A stretch of 64,000 nt of DNA. Source: Squalus acanthias (Eukaryota). The notes beneath the pieces are model-generated. The model ran no database searches, was not told where the DNA came from, and saw only the letters and a list, made by a program, of their open reading frames with translations. Numbering within the stretch: the first letter of the stretch is position 1; each line of letters opens with the position of its first letter. Below are positions 51,030-64,000 of this stretch, one piece after another. The position numbers were made by a program, and so were the translations under genes. The stretch spans positions 196,478,001 to 196,542,000 of the forward strand of contig CM059426.1 of the NCBI GenBank assembly GCA_030390025.1, written 5' to 3'.

Positions 51030-51449
51030 TTCCCCGTGCACTAGGACACGAAATAGAGAAAAGTACAGGCTTGTCAGTAAAGACAATCAGGTGGCACAGC
51101 AATGCAGAAGGAAACTTATAATCGGGCCACATTCGTTTTGAAAGTTTGACAGATATTGCAGCGATCAACAAGCGATTACACCTCTTCCAGAAGTGCACGG
51201 CCATTACTCAATCCGACCGAGTACTGTTTCACCGGGTGGATATTTCTAGTATGGCTTGTGTGTACAGATTTTGTGTGATATCAGAATACTTAGAGAGATA
51301 TCCGCGACTTCAATGCCCCATTGGGTACAGGGTGAAATAAACTATTATTGCAGGACTGTCACATTTGCAGCCAAATATATTTTCATAGTTTATTACAGTT
51401 AAAATGTGACACAGTGTTAGCCTAACAGTATCCCAATGCAAAATGGGTA

Positions 51450-51845
51450 CTAGTGTACTGGTTATGTTACTGGACTAATAATCCTGAGAATATGAGTTTG
51501 AACCCCACCATGTCTGTGTGAAAATTTAAATTCAGTTTAAAACATTGAGGGGGGGGGTGGGGGCGGAGGGGAGGGGTCGGTAATAGTAAAAGTGATTATG
51601 AAGCTGTCCGAACCCAACTAGTTCATTAATGTCCTTTAGGGAAGGAAACCTATAGTCCTGACCCAGCCTAGCCCATATGTGACTCCAGTCCCACGTTGCA
51701 CCTTCCTCTGAGCAAGCTACCCTGTTGTATCAAACTGCAGCGGTTCAAGAAGGACGCCCTCCACCGCCTTCCCAGGGCAACCAGGGATGGGTAATAAATT
51801 CTGGTCTTGCCAGCGACGCCCACATCGTGAGAAGGGATACAAAAA
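51450..51845 (+). mobile_element. tRNA-derived SINE with a LINE-derived tail
   Basis: Head resembling A and B boxes (tagtgtactggtta...gagtttgaacccc); tail cagcggttcaagaagg...gccagcgacgcccacatc shared with the LINE at 57035. Confidence 0.65.
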
Positions 51846-54800
51846 TAATAAAAATGTAATGGCACTATCTTGCTGATGAGCGGAGTGCACTCTTGACTTC
51901 AGCTCCGCTTTTGCTAGGTTTCCAGGTATTGTTCAGTTCTGCATTTGAAATATTTATAGTCCCAATGGGTCGCAGAGTTAGAAAATGTTAGACTAAGCTC
52001 TCCGCCTAATATTAAACTGCAATACGTTTGGGGCTGCACTAGCACCTGAATTATAAATAAATATATAATATAGATAAACAAACTGACTGATACAGCAAAC
52101 ACTGTGATAATAATCAAAGCATGAAAGCAAATTTCCTACCTAGAAATCTCAATTAAAAAAGATAACCCTCCAGCTCAAATTCAGAAAATAACCATAATGA
52201 TTTTATGTTTCAATCCAAGGTTGGGTTGTCAGCTGGCTCTGGCTCATATAAACAGTCACGGTTGGGAAACTCAGTCCCTTTCTTTCTATCCAGGTGGCGT
52301 TCTTGTGAAGTGCTTATGTTGACACAAGTGATATCCACGCTGCCCGGGTAGATGCATGGCGCCGCTCACTTGCAGTCTACTTCTCCTGAACATGTCCAGT
52401 ACTTGGCACGCTGGGAACAGTAGTTCGCCAGCAATAGCCTCTCCTCCCACTCCTCCCTCAGCAGGACAGCACACGCACCCACCGGCCGGAGAGTTTCACG
52501 GTCATGGGTCTCGCATACCAATCGTCGACCCTGTAAATGAATCGTGTTTTTATCTCTTGAATTATTGACATGCCGGCAACAAGAATCAGCATGGAGTTTG
52601 TCGTGTTACACTTCTGAAATTTAGCTTAAAAGAACCAACGCCAGAAATTCCACCTTCACGTTACGATTTAACGAATGATGGGCGGGCAACACAAGGTTAA
52701 CTGTGCAATAAACCCGGTTTAGGTCAGTCCTGCGTAACGGTGCAATATAAATACAGATATACTCATTAAGTGGCGCTATTTTGCTGTAGCCAATCTGTTC
52801 CTCCAATTATTGATTTGCAACGTGATAAGTGGGTTTAATGTGCATTTCGCATTAAAATGTTACAAGACTAATTCTGTTAAACATATTGGTCGAGAACCTA
52901 TTACTACTGTGTTGCGCAAAGTTGTTTTTCATACATTACTCTATTATACGCCGTATTTCAATTATCCGCATTTGTGTGTAAAAGACTGCTGGTGCGATGG
53001 CTGTTTCAATACTATGGGCAGGTATTTGCAATGTTTCGTTCTAGTTAGGACGGGATTCTTCGTGCTTTTAGGTTAGAATTACGGAAATGTGGTTACAACT
53101 CAACTACTTCCACTGCAAGTCAAGCAATGCTGGAGACAGATTCTTATATTCGTGGTCCACTCGCTCCTCAACGAGATGGGATAGTTTTCTTGTTCTTTCC
53201 GGCCTCCCCACCACCAATTAATCCTGTCGTTTAATTATTAATTCGTTGCTTGATAAATGTTCCGGGTGGGTTTCTAATACTAAATGTTGCCATTCTTCCG
53301 TTTAATCTATAATTTAAACCACGCCATATAGTGAGAGCAGTGGTCCTGTTGTCTCTCCGGACATGAACTTTTAATATAAACTTCATGTAAGAATAGATTT
53401 TTGTTTAACCATTTGTAATAAAAACATCAAAATAGTAAGAGAGGATTTGATCATAAATGCATGATGACTTGCGGTTAAAATAAGACCGCAGTTCGTAAGC
53501 CTCTCAAAAAAAAGGAGTAATCACTTCATTAGTAAAATGTGTATCTCTGGGACACAGATTGTTAAGAAGTCTGTTCCCAAAACAACTGATACACATTCGA
53601 GAATTATTATCCATCAAGATAACCGTGAACAATTGAGAATATTCTAACATAAATCATCGTTACAGTATCGGTTGCGGCTAACGGATCTCAATGGCAATAA
53701 CTAATTTATGCCAAGTTTTATATCACACGCGGGACGGAGTGCAAAAGATTGATCATCAGATGCTCTCCGATTTGCATAACGGGGGACCTGGACTCAATTC
53801 CCTCAAACTCTCAGATGGTTTTCGCTCCCCCAAACACTTCGTTTTAATAACACGTGACGGTTAAAATCTCCAGCTCCGTGACACACATTGCGAGTAATAA
53901 AAGTGGAACCGAATAAAATAAAAAAAATCAGCCGCACAGCCTAGCTGATAAGCTATCCTCTTGGCCGCGGCTCTGCAGTTGGTAGATTTCCGGGTATTGC
54001 CCAGTGATGTTATCTGTAAATCTTTATGGCCCCAGTGAGTCACACAGCTGAACATTGTAAACTAAGTCTGTGACAATTTCTTAATTTTTGATGTTCGGGC
54101 CTGTACTAGCTCCCAATTTCTTATTTAATTCCCCGGCCAATACCGAGAGAGGCAAAGACCATAGGAAAGACAAAAGCGACCGCAATAGAAGTATTTACAC
54201 ATCCTTTGCACGTTTAGGGTAACCTTTAATGTTGCTGCGAAGTAGTTTCCACTTCGCCAGGTCACTCAATTTGCAGTATAACGCCTTGAGTCAGCTCCCC
54301 AATTTAATTCTGTAGGGAAGGGATGTAAGAATGGGGAGTCTCGCACCATTTGAGTCTGACACTGGCTAAACTCGATGTATAAAGTGCCTAAGGGCTCCTG
54401 GGCACTTTCTAAACGTAACCAGTATTTGTTTAAATGGGCTGAGAGTGTGGACACTCCCAGAGTGAGTGCAGATCTGACAGTCTGAATGGAAGGAAGGCAG
54501 CACAAGCAACGAAGCAAAAACAGACACAAATGCTGGAGACACTCAGCAGATGAGTCAACATCTGTAGAGAGAACCGACAAGTTAACGTTTTCGCTGCAGA
54601 TCCTTCTTCAAAACAATAGCTGGCTGTGAATGGATATTGTCACTATCTGCTGATTGTAATGATATGTTATGCAGTGCATTGGCGACATAAATGGAAGGTA
54701 CAGCAATGAGTCATTGGACATGGAATTTGTGGGGTTTGCGCCTCAGAGTCAGCTACCCACTAAGTACCATCCACAGAACTGACAGCAGTGGAATGTGATC

Positions 54801-55467
54801 ATTTTTGATCATAAAATAATCCATTTAACACGCAGAACACCTGTAGCTCCAGCATCCACACCCAGTAGCTTCAGGAGAGGATAGGAAATATTTGGGAGAA
54901 ATACATTAAGAAGTAACACTCTTTAATGTACCTTCTTTTCTTTACCACTGTTCATGTTAGAGCTGTCACATTTAAAAGGCAACCGGTTGGATAGGATTTA
55001 AAAAAAACCTAAAGATATCTATTTAGAAAACAATATTTTCCTTTTTTTAGAAATCAAAGATTTTGTGCATGTTTATTTTGATGCTTTGCCCCCCCACCAA
55101 ACAAAATGGGGACAGGCAGCAGGTGACTGTTTGCCTCCCAATCAATGAATAAAAGCCAAGTTTGATGACCGTAATGGCAGAAAATGGACCAATCACAACT
55201 CACCAAAAATAATGCTGTTTTTCATACTTTTCAAGCAGTTAGATTGGCCTTACAGCATCAACTTACATTTCTGTCATCCTCCTTACCTACAAGATGATAT
55301 ATCAAAGCACAAAGGAGAAACAGTGGATGGCAAGTAGAAGGGGAAAGGCAAAACAAACAGGGTTGAGCAGAGAGGATGGTGGTGGAAGGAATGGCCAAAG
55401 AGGAGGATTTTGAGGAGGTTTCTGAAAACAGGGAGAATGGGCGCAAGGCACAATGAATTAGAGAGGG

Positions 55468-55759
55468 CAGGGATGTTGTTAGGAAGGTGCAACCCGTGCA
55501 AATTGGACGGGGCCCTGAGCCAGTCAGGGGCCCTGAGCAGACCCAGTGTAAGGACACCTACACAATGGTAATAGTTAATCCTTGATCATTTTGTCAACTA
55601 TTTTTATATTACCTCTTGCAAACATGCATGTTCACGATTGTACGTGTGCAGGTTTGACACGGATTAAGTAGGTGGTATTTAGTACCATTGTCTAATAAAA
55701 TGTAGGGGCCTCAAACCGAACCTTTGCACGGGGCCCCGGCAAGGCAAACACCTCTCCTG
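55468..55759. mobile_element. hAT-like non-autonomous element
   Basis: CAGG...CCTG termini, subterminal GGGGCCC motifs, and 8-bp flanks AGAGAGGG / AGAAAAGG (6 of 8 match). Confidence 0.45.
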
Positions 55760-56087
55760 AGAAAAGGTCTTTTAGAGGACAGGAGTGGAGTGGCTGAACT
55801 TAATTGCAAAACCTTATCAGGGCTCACTACTCTTCTACACAAATTTTAAACTGGGAGTAAAGCTCAAGCTAGCACTAATAACGGATGAAAAATCAGATAC
55901 TGGTTTTGTTCATCTGTTTAATCACATCTACATTTTTGTTACCATTAATACCCAAAGCAAAATCTGTTCCAAAGTTAATTCATTGTATCTGTAAATGTAT
56001 TTTAAAATATAGTTAAAGCAATTTATTTTGCCAAATGTCCCATTTATTTTTAACCAAATATATTTTAAGCTCGCAGTAATCATTATA

Positions 56088-56173
56088 GGGTTAAATTTCC
56101 ACAGCGGGTTTCTGCAGATCCTCCGCCAAAGTTCTGGCAGATGATCAGGTGAACCCTCATGGAAATTCAACCC
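56088..56173. mobile_element. Miniature hairpin MITE (about 86 bp)
   Basis: Inverted termini GGGTTAAATTTCCA ... TGGAAATTCAACCC with a partly self-complementary interior; TSD unclear. Confidence 0.5.
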
Positions 56174-56394
56174 CAGTACTACAATTAATTGTGCAACTAA
56201 AGGGGAGCTCAGCTCTGTTGTGTGATTCTGAGTAGATATGCTAAATAAGATATAAGTTAAAGTAATAAGTCTAGTCGCTACTTTTACAAATAGTACTAAG
56301 AAGCTCATTTGGTGAGCTATTATTATACTTAAAATATATACTTTATGTATAAGTATAATAGTTGACTTCCTCAATGGCTTTGTAGGTTTATCCA

Positions 56395-56745
56395 CTGGAT
56401 CACACAGCCTAGGAAGGTCCCGGGTCTAGTTCCTGGCTGAGGTGGCAGTGAAGCCCTACAATTGGCCTCAGTACTCCTGTGTGAGAGAGAAAGAAAAAAA
56501 TCAACTCGTGTTCCTGCTCCAATTGTCATCCAGCAATTCTGGTGGATGTACGCATGTGACTGTTGTAGTGGAGATAGGATTGGACTTCACTCTGATGTCC
56601 CCTGCAGTTAAATAGCCTGCCAATAATCACTGTCCAGGATCACTTACCCTAGCCATTAGGACAAGGTACACCTGTGGAACTATACCCCAGCAATAATTCA
56701 ATGACTTCATGAGAAGGAAGGAGAGAAAATTGGTGAGGAAAAAAA
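56395..56745 (+). mobile_element. AmnSINE2-like ancient SINE; other copies at 22085-22426 (-) and 20880-20995 (+)
   Basis: Copies share aggaaggtcc...caattggcctcag...aaatcagccaggg..ctcctgatc..tccagtg...aatagcctgcc. Family name is from memory. Confidence 0.5.
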
Positions 56746-57034
56746 TAATATAGTAATAGATCTGAAAGGGAACGTATTGGGCCTGAAATATATATAGCAC
56801 AGTTTGATCCTTGATATTCATTTACTTTACTGAGTTATATTCATTTACTTTAGTGAGTTGTATGTCATCTAACAATTGTACAACAAAACACTCCAGAGCT
56901 GTATTATAGCATTCAGCAACTCTCGATTAGTATAAAGTCTTTTATCATGCATTTCAAATATATTCTGTATTGGCAGTGTTCATGCTTAGATGCTAAGCCA
57001 CTTGGGCCCCAGTTTTCAACAGCTGGCATTGCAT

Positions 57035-57362
57035 TTTTTATTTCTTTCATTTCCCGGATGTGGGCATTGCTGGCAAGGCCAACATTTATTGCCCATCTCT
57101 AGTTGCCCTTAAGAAAGTGGCGGTGAGTCTTTTGCTTGAACCACTGCAGTCCGTGTAGTGAAGGTTTCCCAAATGCTAGGTAGGGAGTTCCAGGATTTTA
57201 ACCCAGCGATGATGAAGGAACGGCGATATATGCCCAAGTCAGGATTGTGTGTGACTTGGAGGGGATCTTGGGGGTGAAGGTGTTCCCATGCACGTGCTGC
57301 CCTTGTCCTTCTAGGTGGTGGAGGTCACCGGTTTGGGAGGTGCTGTCGAAGAAGCCTTGGCA
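57035..57362 (-). mobile_element. LINE 3' fragment, partner of the 51450 SINE
   Basis: Minus strand translates PRLLRQHLPN...YRRSFIIAGLKSWNSLP; its 3' UTR matches 51735-51830. Confidence 0.75.
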
Positions 57363-57749
57363 TTTCATAGCTGGATTTTCAAATGCTACATTTTCAGCAT
57401 CCTTGTGCTAATTTGCTAAAGTGCTTTCAAAATGTTATCCTAATTAAGGAATAATAATCCAAATGGTGCCTGAGCACATCATTGCCATCTTTCAACTGAT
57501 TCTCATTGCTACCATGTAATTTGGGAATGCAACAAAAGATGGCAATATTTAAACAATATAACTTTGTCATTAAATCAGGAATCCTGTGACTGTAGACCTC
57601 AGCACTTGCTTCTCCAGTCTGTGATCCTGTTGAACGAGACTCCACAGCGGGAATGGAGTCTTGTAATTTCAGGGTTTTAACGTAGAAAAACATTTTTTCA
57701 TCCAATAATGTTCAGCACCAAGTCACCAATGCATAATTCGTGCCCTTTA

Positions 57750-59230
57750 CTTCACAAAGAAAGAAAAGCCATTGTGGGAGCGTTAGGAGAGGTGACCAAA
57801 CGCTTGGTCGAAGAGATAAGTTCTGAGAAGGCTTCTAAAGGAAGAGAGGGGTAGGTAGAGAAGGGGAGGGTTTGGGGTAGGGAATTCCAGAGAGTAGGGC
57901 AAAAAGCTCTGTCACCAATGATGGAGCAAAGAGGTGGGAGGTATGAAGATGGCCAAAGTCAGAGGCCCAGAAGATACAGGAGGGGATGTAAAGCTGGACA
58001 AAGTTGTTGAGGTAGAGTGGGACAACACCACAGAAGGATATGTAAATGTGGAGGAGGATTTAAAATTTGGTGTATTGGGAACAGGAAGCCATTGATGGTC
58101 AGCAATGATGGGACTGATGGGTGGGAAGGACTAAGTGCAGGTTATAATGTGACTTTTGGATGAAATGGAATTTCAGAAGGGTGAATGTTGGAAGGCCAGC
58201 AAGGAAGGTATTGTAGAAATTGAGTCCGAAGGTGATAAAGGTATAAATAAATGTTTTGGCAGCAGTAGGGGCCAGGTAGGGGTGATGACAGGCAATATTG
58301 CAAAGATTAAAGTAAGTAGCCTTGGTGATGGATAGGATATTGGGTTTGAAGCTCAACTCAGTTCTGAACAAGATGCCAAAATAATGCATACTCTGGCTTA
58401 GCTTGAACAAACAACTAAGAAGGGAGGCAGAGGTAAGGGAGTAGAGTTTTTGACTTGATCCAAACATTATGATTTTGGTCTTCTTGCTGTTCAATTGAAG
58501 AAACATCTGCTTAACTACGACTTAATGTCAGACATAAGGTCTGACAGTGCAGAGGCAGTTGTGGGATAGAGGGAAGTAGTGCAGAGGTTGAGCTGGGTGT
58601 TGTCAGCATACATAAGGAAGCTATCCCATGCTTATGGATTATGTCACCCATTGGTAGCATATAGATGAGGAATAGGAGGGGCCCAAGGATGGATCCTTTG
58701 GAAACTGGAGGTGACTGTATGGGGCATGAGGAGAAGTCATTGCTGGAAATGCATTGGCTGGGTTCGAACAGATAGGAGTAGAACCATGCAATAATAGTCC
58801 CATGGAGGTGGACCACAGAGGAGTCAATGCAGGTCAATGAGAGCAAGTCAAGATGGAGGAGATGCCATGGAGGAAGATAGTGTAGTTGACCATGTCAAAT
58901 GCAAAGGAGAGGCTGAGGAGAACAGTATGGTCACAGTCACAGAAGATTTGAGCAAATTTGATCAGGGTGATCTCAGTGCTGTGAATAGGATGAAAACCAG
59001 ACTGAAGGGATTTGAACAGGGAGTTGTGGGAAAGGTCGGCATAGAGCTGTGAGGCAACGGCACCTTCAAGGACCTTGGCGAGGAAAGGTAGGTTAGAGGT
59101 GGGGCAGTAGTTGTGCGGACAGATAGGTTAGCGCTGGTCTTTTTTAGGAGGCAGTTGATGACAGCAATTTTGAAAGGGAGAGGTACAGTGCCTTATGAAA
59201 AGGACCTATTGGCCATATTGGTGAGCATAG
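57750..59230 (-). mobile_element. L2 LINE fragment
   Basis: Minus-strand ORFs contain KGSILGPLLFLIYMLPMGDIIHKHG and FLQLNSKKTKIIMFG. Confidence 0.85.
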
Positions 59231-59820
59231 GGCACGAATTATTTATTGGTTACTTGGTGCTGAACATTATTGGATGAAAGGTCAATCAGTATTGCAGATA
59301 ATAGTTTTGGCTGTTTGCACTATTCTAATTGAACTTGTGAAATATCTGTCATTTTCCATTTTCTTTGTAAGAATGTTTAGGCATTAGAGCAATTACTGCC
59401 AAATCATTCCAGACTGTTCAGAGACCAAAACTTTCTTTGTGTTAAATCCGAAGGCAATTATTGGCATTACTGTTTGAGAGAGACATTCCATTTTTCTGAT
59501 GCAACAGTAGCCTTCTGTGGCAAGTTAAATAAAGCTGTTCGCTCTTTAGCAGAGTGCTGTACAGGCTTGGCATAGAACACAGCTGTAAAAAGAAAACATA
59601 AGAGCCCAAGAATGAAAAGATAGTCCTGTTCACCCAAAGAGAGGATCGAGAATCAGCTGGACTCCACAATCTCCAAGAGACTCATTCTCCAGGTTGTGAA
59701 GTCTTAAGTTTGCAGCCTGCTCTGCAAGCTACACTTGAATCCTTAGATTTTAGTCACCCATCTAATGCTGTTGGACTAAACAGCATGACAACAAGCAAGG
59801 TTATAAATGGTCAAAATTTA

Positions 59821-62690
59821 AGCCTGGATTTTCATTGGTCCCCCAGAAATATGGTGGGATGCGTCTTCTGCCAGTCCATGTCATCCCGCCGGCACCTGAC
59901 TGCATTTTCCTGGGGAGGGACCTCATTTAGTTTGCAGAGCGGGTTCAAGGTGGGAATCCCACTGCTAAATGGTTTTCTGACCCTGGGAGGGAGGGAAATA
60001 TGGCTTAGCTGCAGCAGTTAAAAGGATACTGAAACTTAAAGGGGCAGAAGGCAACTATTTGTTAAGGAGACAGAAACAGAGCAAGAGCACAGTGAGAGGA
60101 GAATGGCAGAAGGCGAAGAAGCAGAAGGGGGTGTCTGCTGTGGTTAAGGCCCCACGATTCTCAGAAGGTTACATGGAGGTGATGTTGGCAGAGATGAGGG
60201 CAATAGTATTTTGAACCCAAGACAGGAAGCTCCTGAAAAGCATGGTGCTGGCAGAATAGAGGAAATTGGCTACAATCACTACCCTCCCAGTGGCAATATA
60301 GCACCAGAATCATTTTAATAACATCACCAGCTTGGCCAAGATAAGTGTAGGCCTGAAATAATGCTGTAAACATTACTCACCTTCATAGTATCCATGTCCA
60401 CACAGTGTAAGTGAAATGATGAATGCGACATCAATATGCACAAGATACCTCACCAGTTCTCCTCCACAGCCACATAGCCCTCTGCCACTGTCCCTTATCC
60501 AATTTCTTAAGATCAAGGGTGGTAATTTTTGATTGAAAATTAAAGAAGTTGCTGTATAGCCTACACCTGAAAACATGATCACAATGGATTGTCTGCAGGC
60601 ACCTTGGCAAAATTCATGTTCAAATTAATCTCTAGCATTTCTCTATCTTCATGTTCTTTGCAAAGAAATAAAGTTGCCCATAATTCGTGGCAACAAAATG
60701 GAGGAATGGCAACCATTAGGTCCTTGAGAAGGAAGTCTATAACACCTAGACAGACACACCGGAGAGGTGGTGGGAGATGTAAAAGTTAATAGGGAGCTGT
60801 CAGGTTCAGGTTGGTAATGGGATAGATCACTGACATCGCTGTGAGTTGCTGCAGTTTTCAGACATTCCGTTTAATTGAGGCCTCCTATCATTGCTCAGTC
60901 AGTTCTTCTGAATAACAAGTGAATCTCCCCTCCTAAAATGAACGGCCTTTTGTGTCCCTCACAGGTGCTAGCTATGTACAAAAAGAAAGATCTGACAAGC
61001 AGCTTGGCAGCTCCAAAGCACCCATTCCTGCACCTGGTTCCCCGACTCCATTATGGAACCTTACTTATTCAAGCACCAGCCCAGGTACACCCACTCAGGA
61101 GCATGTTATCAGTGAAGCAGAGGGTATATCACAGGGTGAAACTCAGAGCACCAGTGAGCAGGAGCAATTGGGAGAGGATGATGAGGAACCAGCCATCTCT
61201 CCCTGGGGGGTGGGGGGGCAGTGCCTTGGTTGAGGAGCTCCGAGACCCAGATCTCAGGGGCCCAGTCTTCAAACAAACTATGATTCTGGATCATAGATCT
61301 CATATGCAGGGAGTGGAGGCAGTCTCCTCTTGTGTGTTGCAGATAATTGATAAGTTGGAGGAGTTCACAACCTGCATCTGTAGCACAATAAAGGAGTTAA
61401 GTCTGGACATGCAGAGCACCCTGGTGAATGTAGCAGTCCAAGAGATTTCTCTGGCAACAAAATATCAAAAGGAAGATCTAAGGGTGATCATTGCCTCCAG
61501 ATAGGCGGCCATGATTGCTTCCATAGATTCCCACAAAACCACTGTAGCTCAGGGCTTCCACAACTTAATTGGGACTACTCGGTCTGTTCTCACTCAGATC
61601 ATTAGTCCAACTGAGCTCATACCCAGCGCAAGTGGTTTGCAAGGAGTGGTTACAGATGTCACCATTTCTCAAAATAGTGACAGTGTGGCTGCATCAAACC
61701 TGCCCCCTCCAAAGCCAATTCAGGAGAGAGCTTCTGGCCTGGAACCCGGTAAACATTGAACAAGATGAGTGCCACCTCGTCAAGGACCCCATCAATACAA
61801 TCCCAGCCACCAACATCACAGCCTCCTCACAATGAAGTAGTAGCATGTAGGAGTAAGAGGTTAGGATCTCATGTGAGAAGAGTTTTAGGTACAAAGAGGG
61901 ATGCATGTTGATAAGAAATTGTAATAGCACTTAATAAAGAGAGAATCAGTAAATGTGGAAACCTTTAGCAGTTTGATACGTTTGTGAATTATTTTTTATA
62001 GATGATTATAGTTCTCTTGTTGTTTGGTAATGAAGATTTGTATGTGGTCATTCTCTGAAAGGCTAGGAAATATATTTCAGATTTGAGTTCTGATTATTTG
62101 TGAGCATTGTAATGACTATTCAATGACATTATGGCCTCTGGAGATGGGGACATCCTTTCTACTGGAAAAGTTGTTGATAAATTCCTGCTTAACCTCATGT
62201 ACTGCTGGCAATGGATTGTCCTGTGCCATTTCCTCTCTTTCCTGGGCACCTTCATGATGATGAGGGAACTGATGGCCTCCAACTTCATTCTCATGATCTT
62301 CTGTGGATGGAAAGCCCAATAGTCCAATCCCTTCCTAACTGCAAAATTATGCAACGTGCAGCGTGCCACTATATTTCTTGATATGCTTGCTGAGCTGTAC
62401 TAAAAAGCTCCTTCAGTCTATCTGGATGATGGAAGTGGGGCTTCAGGACCATGATGGTCAGTGGAGGAGGCACAAGGCTTCATTGAGCCTGTTGCTGCTT
62501 TTGGACCTCAGGTGACAAGTGCTGTCATCAGCCATGATTAAATTGGCTAACCTCTGTTTCCAAACAACCATCCTGATGCATTGCTCTGGCTGAACAATGC
62601 AGGTATTTTTGATTGTTGGAGAATATAAGAATCTTGGCAGCTTCGAGGGTAGCACATATTCACATGCAGAATGATATGGCAGGCATCACT
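59821..62690 (-). mobile_element. Second, heavily decayed and truncated Harbinger in the opposite orientation
   Basis: TIR-like end TTA-AGCCTGGATTTTC. Plus-strand Myb relic at about 60100-61750 (KAPRFSEGYMEVMLAEMR...NHFNNITSLAK; exon 2 NKVAHNSWQQNGG). Minus-strand transposase relic at about 62116-62690 (ILHVNMCYPRSCQDSYILQQ; YSSASISRNIVARCTLHNFAVRKG) aligns by eye to the 4580-5371 transposase. Confidence 0.75.
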
Positions 62691-63228
62691 GTGGATGGGG
62701 AGCTAGAGCTTGATAACACAGTGAAGGTGTAATTGGGGTTTGGAAACACTGTGGATGGGGAAACTGTAGGTTGGCAGAACTGTGGAGAAAGAACCTATCG
62801 ATTTACAGAAATGGTTAGTGGAATGAAAGGTTTAGCTCAGTGGTGGATTCATGGGATCTATTAGCAGTGAGGGGAGGGGAGGGGTCTCTGTGTCTGGAAG
62901 CACTGGTTTGTACGTTGCTAAGAGATCTCTGCAAATGTTGAATTCAGTGCATTTTGATTGATTCCTGGATGTGTGCCTCTCTGTGACTGTCTCTCCACAT
63001 CTCTCTTTGCCTTTCTATTTCTCTTTCTTTATGTCTCTCTGTTGCTGTGTGTGTGTCTATTTCTTTCTGTCTCTGTCTTCCAGTTGTCATTATTTAGAAT
63101 GTTGGCATTTTCTAACTATCAACAAAACTCAACTAGTAATCACAGCCATTCTGTTTGCCCAATAAGCTTTCAAAGTTCAACGGATTTGAAAAGAAAAAAT
63201 AACTCAAATTAGGATGAGGGAAGATACT

Positions 63229-63413
63229 AGGAGTAATTTTTAATTTTGCCGCCTGCATGGGAACCTTGAGAAGCAAATCACCTGCCCATTGTAGAACCTG
63301 CCTAATTTTCATTCCATTGATTTAGTGGGTTGAAAATGGGATAGGTTCTACAATGGGTAAACAATCTGTTCCACCAGGTTACCACCTAGGCGATGAAGTA
63401 GAAATATATTCCT
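63229..63413. mobile_element. Palindromic hairpin MITE; partial relative at about 14770-14903
   Basis: Ends AGGAGTAATTTT / AAATATATTCCT, flanked by ACT on both sides; internal arms CCCATTGTAGAACCT / AGGTTCTACAATGGG. Confidence 0.65.
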
Positions 63414-63499
63414 ACTGTCTCTGTGTCTGTCTGCCTGCTCTCTTTTTATCTTAGTGTGCGCCTCTCTCTGTCATCCATCTCAACATGCATTCTGAAATA

Positions 63500-64000
63500 A
63501 AAGATACAACAACTTGCATTTATATAGTTTCTTTAACGTAGTAAAACATCCCGTGCTCCACAGAAGTGTAATCAGACAAAAACTGACACAGAGCCAAAGA
63601 AGGAAATATTAGGAAGGGTGTCTAAAAGCTTGACCAAAGATGTAGGTTTTAAGGTGGTCTTAAAGGAGGAGAGAGGCGGAGAGGTTTAGAAGAGGGATTT
63701 CTGGAGCTTAGAGCCTGGATGGCTGAAGGCACAGCTGTCAATGGTGGGGTGAAGGGAGTGCGGGATGCGTAAGAGGTCAGAGTTGGAGGAACGCAGAGTT
63801 CTTGGAGGGCTGCAGATCTGAAGAAGATTGCAGAAATAGGGTGGGATGAGGCCATGATCGGATTTGAACACGGGGGTGAAAATTTTAAATTTGAGGCATT
63901 GGTGGTTCAACAGCCAATGTAGGTCAACAAGCACATGGTGATGGGTGAACTGGATTTATTACAGGTTAGGTTATAAGCAGCAGAGTTTTGGATAAGCTCA
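63500..64000 (-). mobile_element. L2 LINE 3' end, runs off the window
   Basis: LVDLHWL...FKI relic and tail acaacaacttgcatttatatag; homologous to 17290-17786. Another tail copy at 25895-26045. Confidence 0.85.

Noticed and set aside
60938-61759. 188-aa and 82-aa ORFs as a novel gene
   Set aside because: They fall in the decayed third exon of the Harbinger Myb-like gene.

Overview
This is eukaryotic, vertebrate DNA; the repeat content (Deu-type SacSINE1-like SINEs, CR1 and L2 LINEs, Penelope relics) points to a cartilaginous fish (inference). The only host gene I can support is a two-exon MSX1 on the minus strand (45338-44909, 44595-44172). As given, it has an apparent 1-bp deletion after the homeodomain that replaces the conserved C-terminal tail. 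MSX1 lies in a roughly 22 kb CpG-retaining, transposon-poor domain with several candidate enhancers, including a SMAD plus TCF/LEF module about 0.7 kb upstream. The flanks are rich in transposons: a near full-length PIF/Harbinger element (DDE transposase plus convergent three-exon Myb/SANT gene) interrupted by a solo LTR, a second older Harbinger in the opposite orientation, and several Harbinger-type MITEs. Penelope-like fragments carry minimal hammerhead ribozymes, one inside a perfect 85-bp-arm palindrome. There are also nested CR1s, two SINE/LINE pairs with shared tails, and LF-SINE-like and AmnSINE2-like copies. Most ORFs in the supplied track are spurious or TE-derived. Repeat family names come from recall, not from a search.
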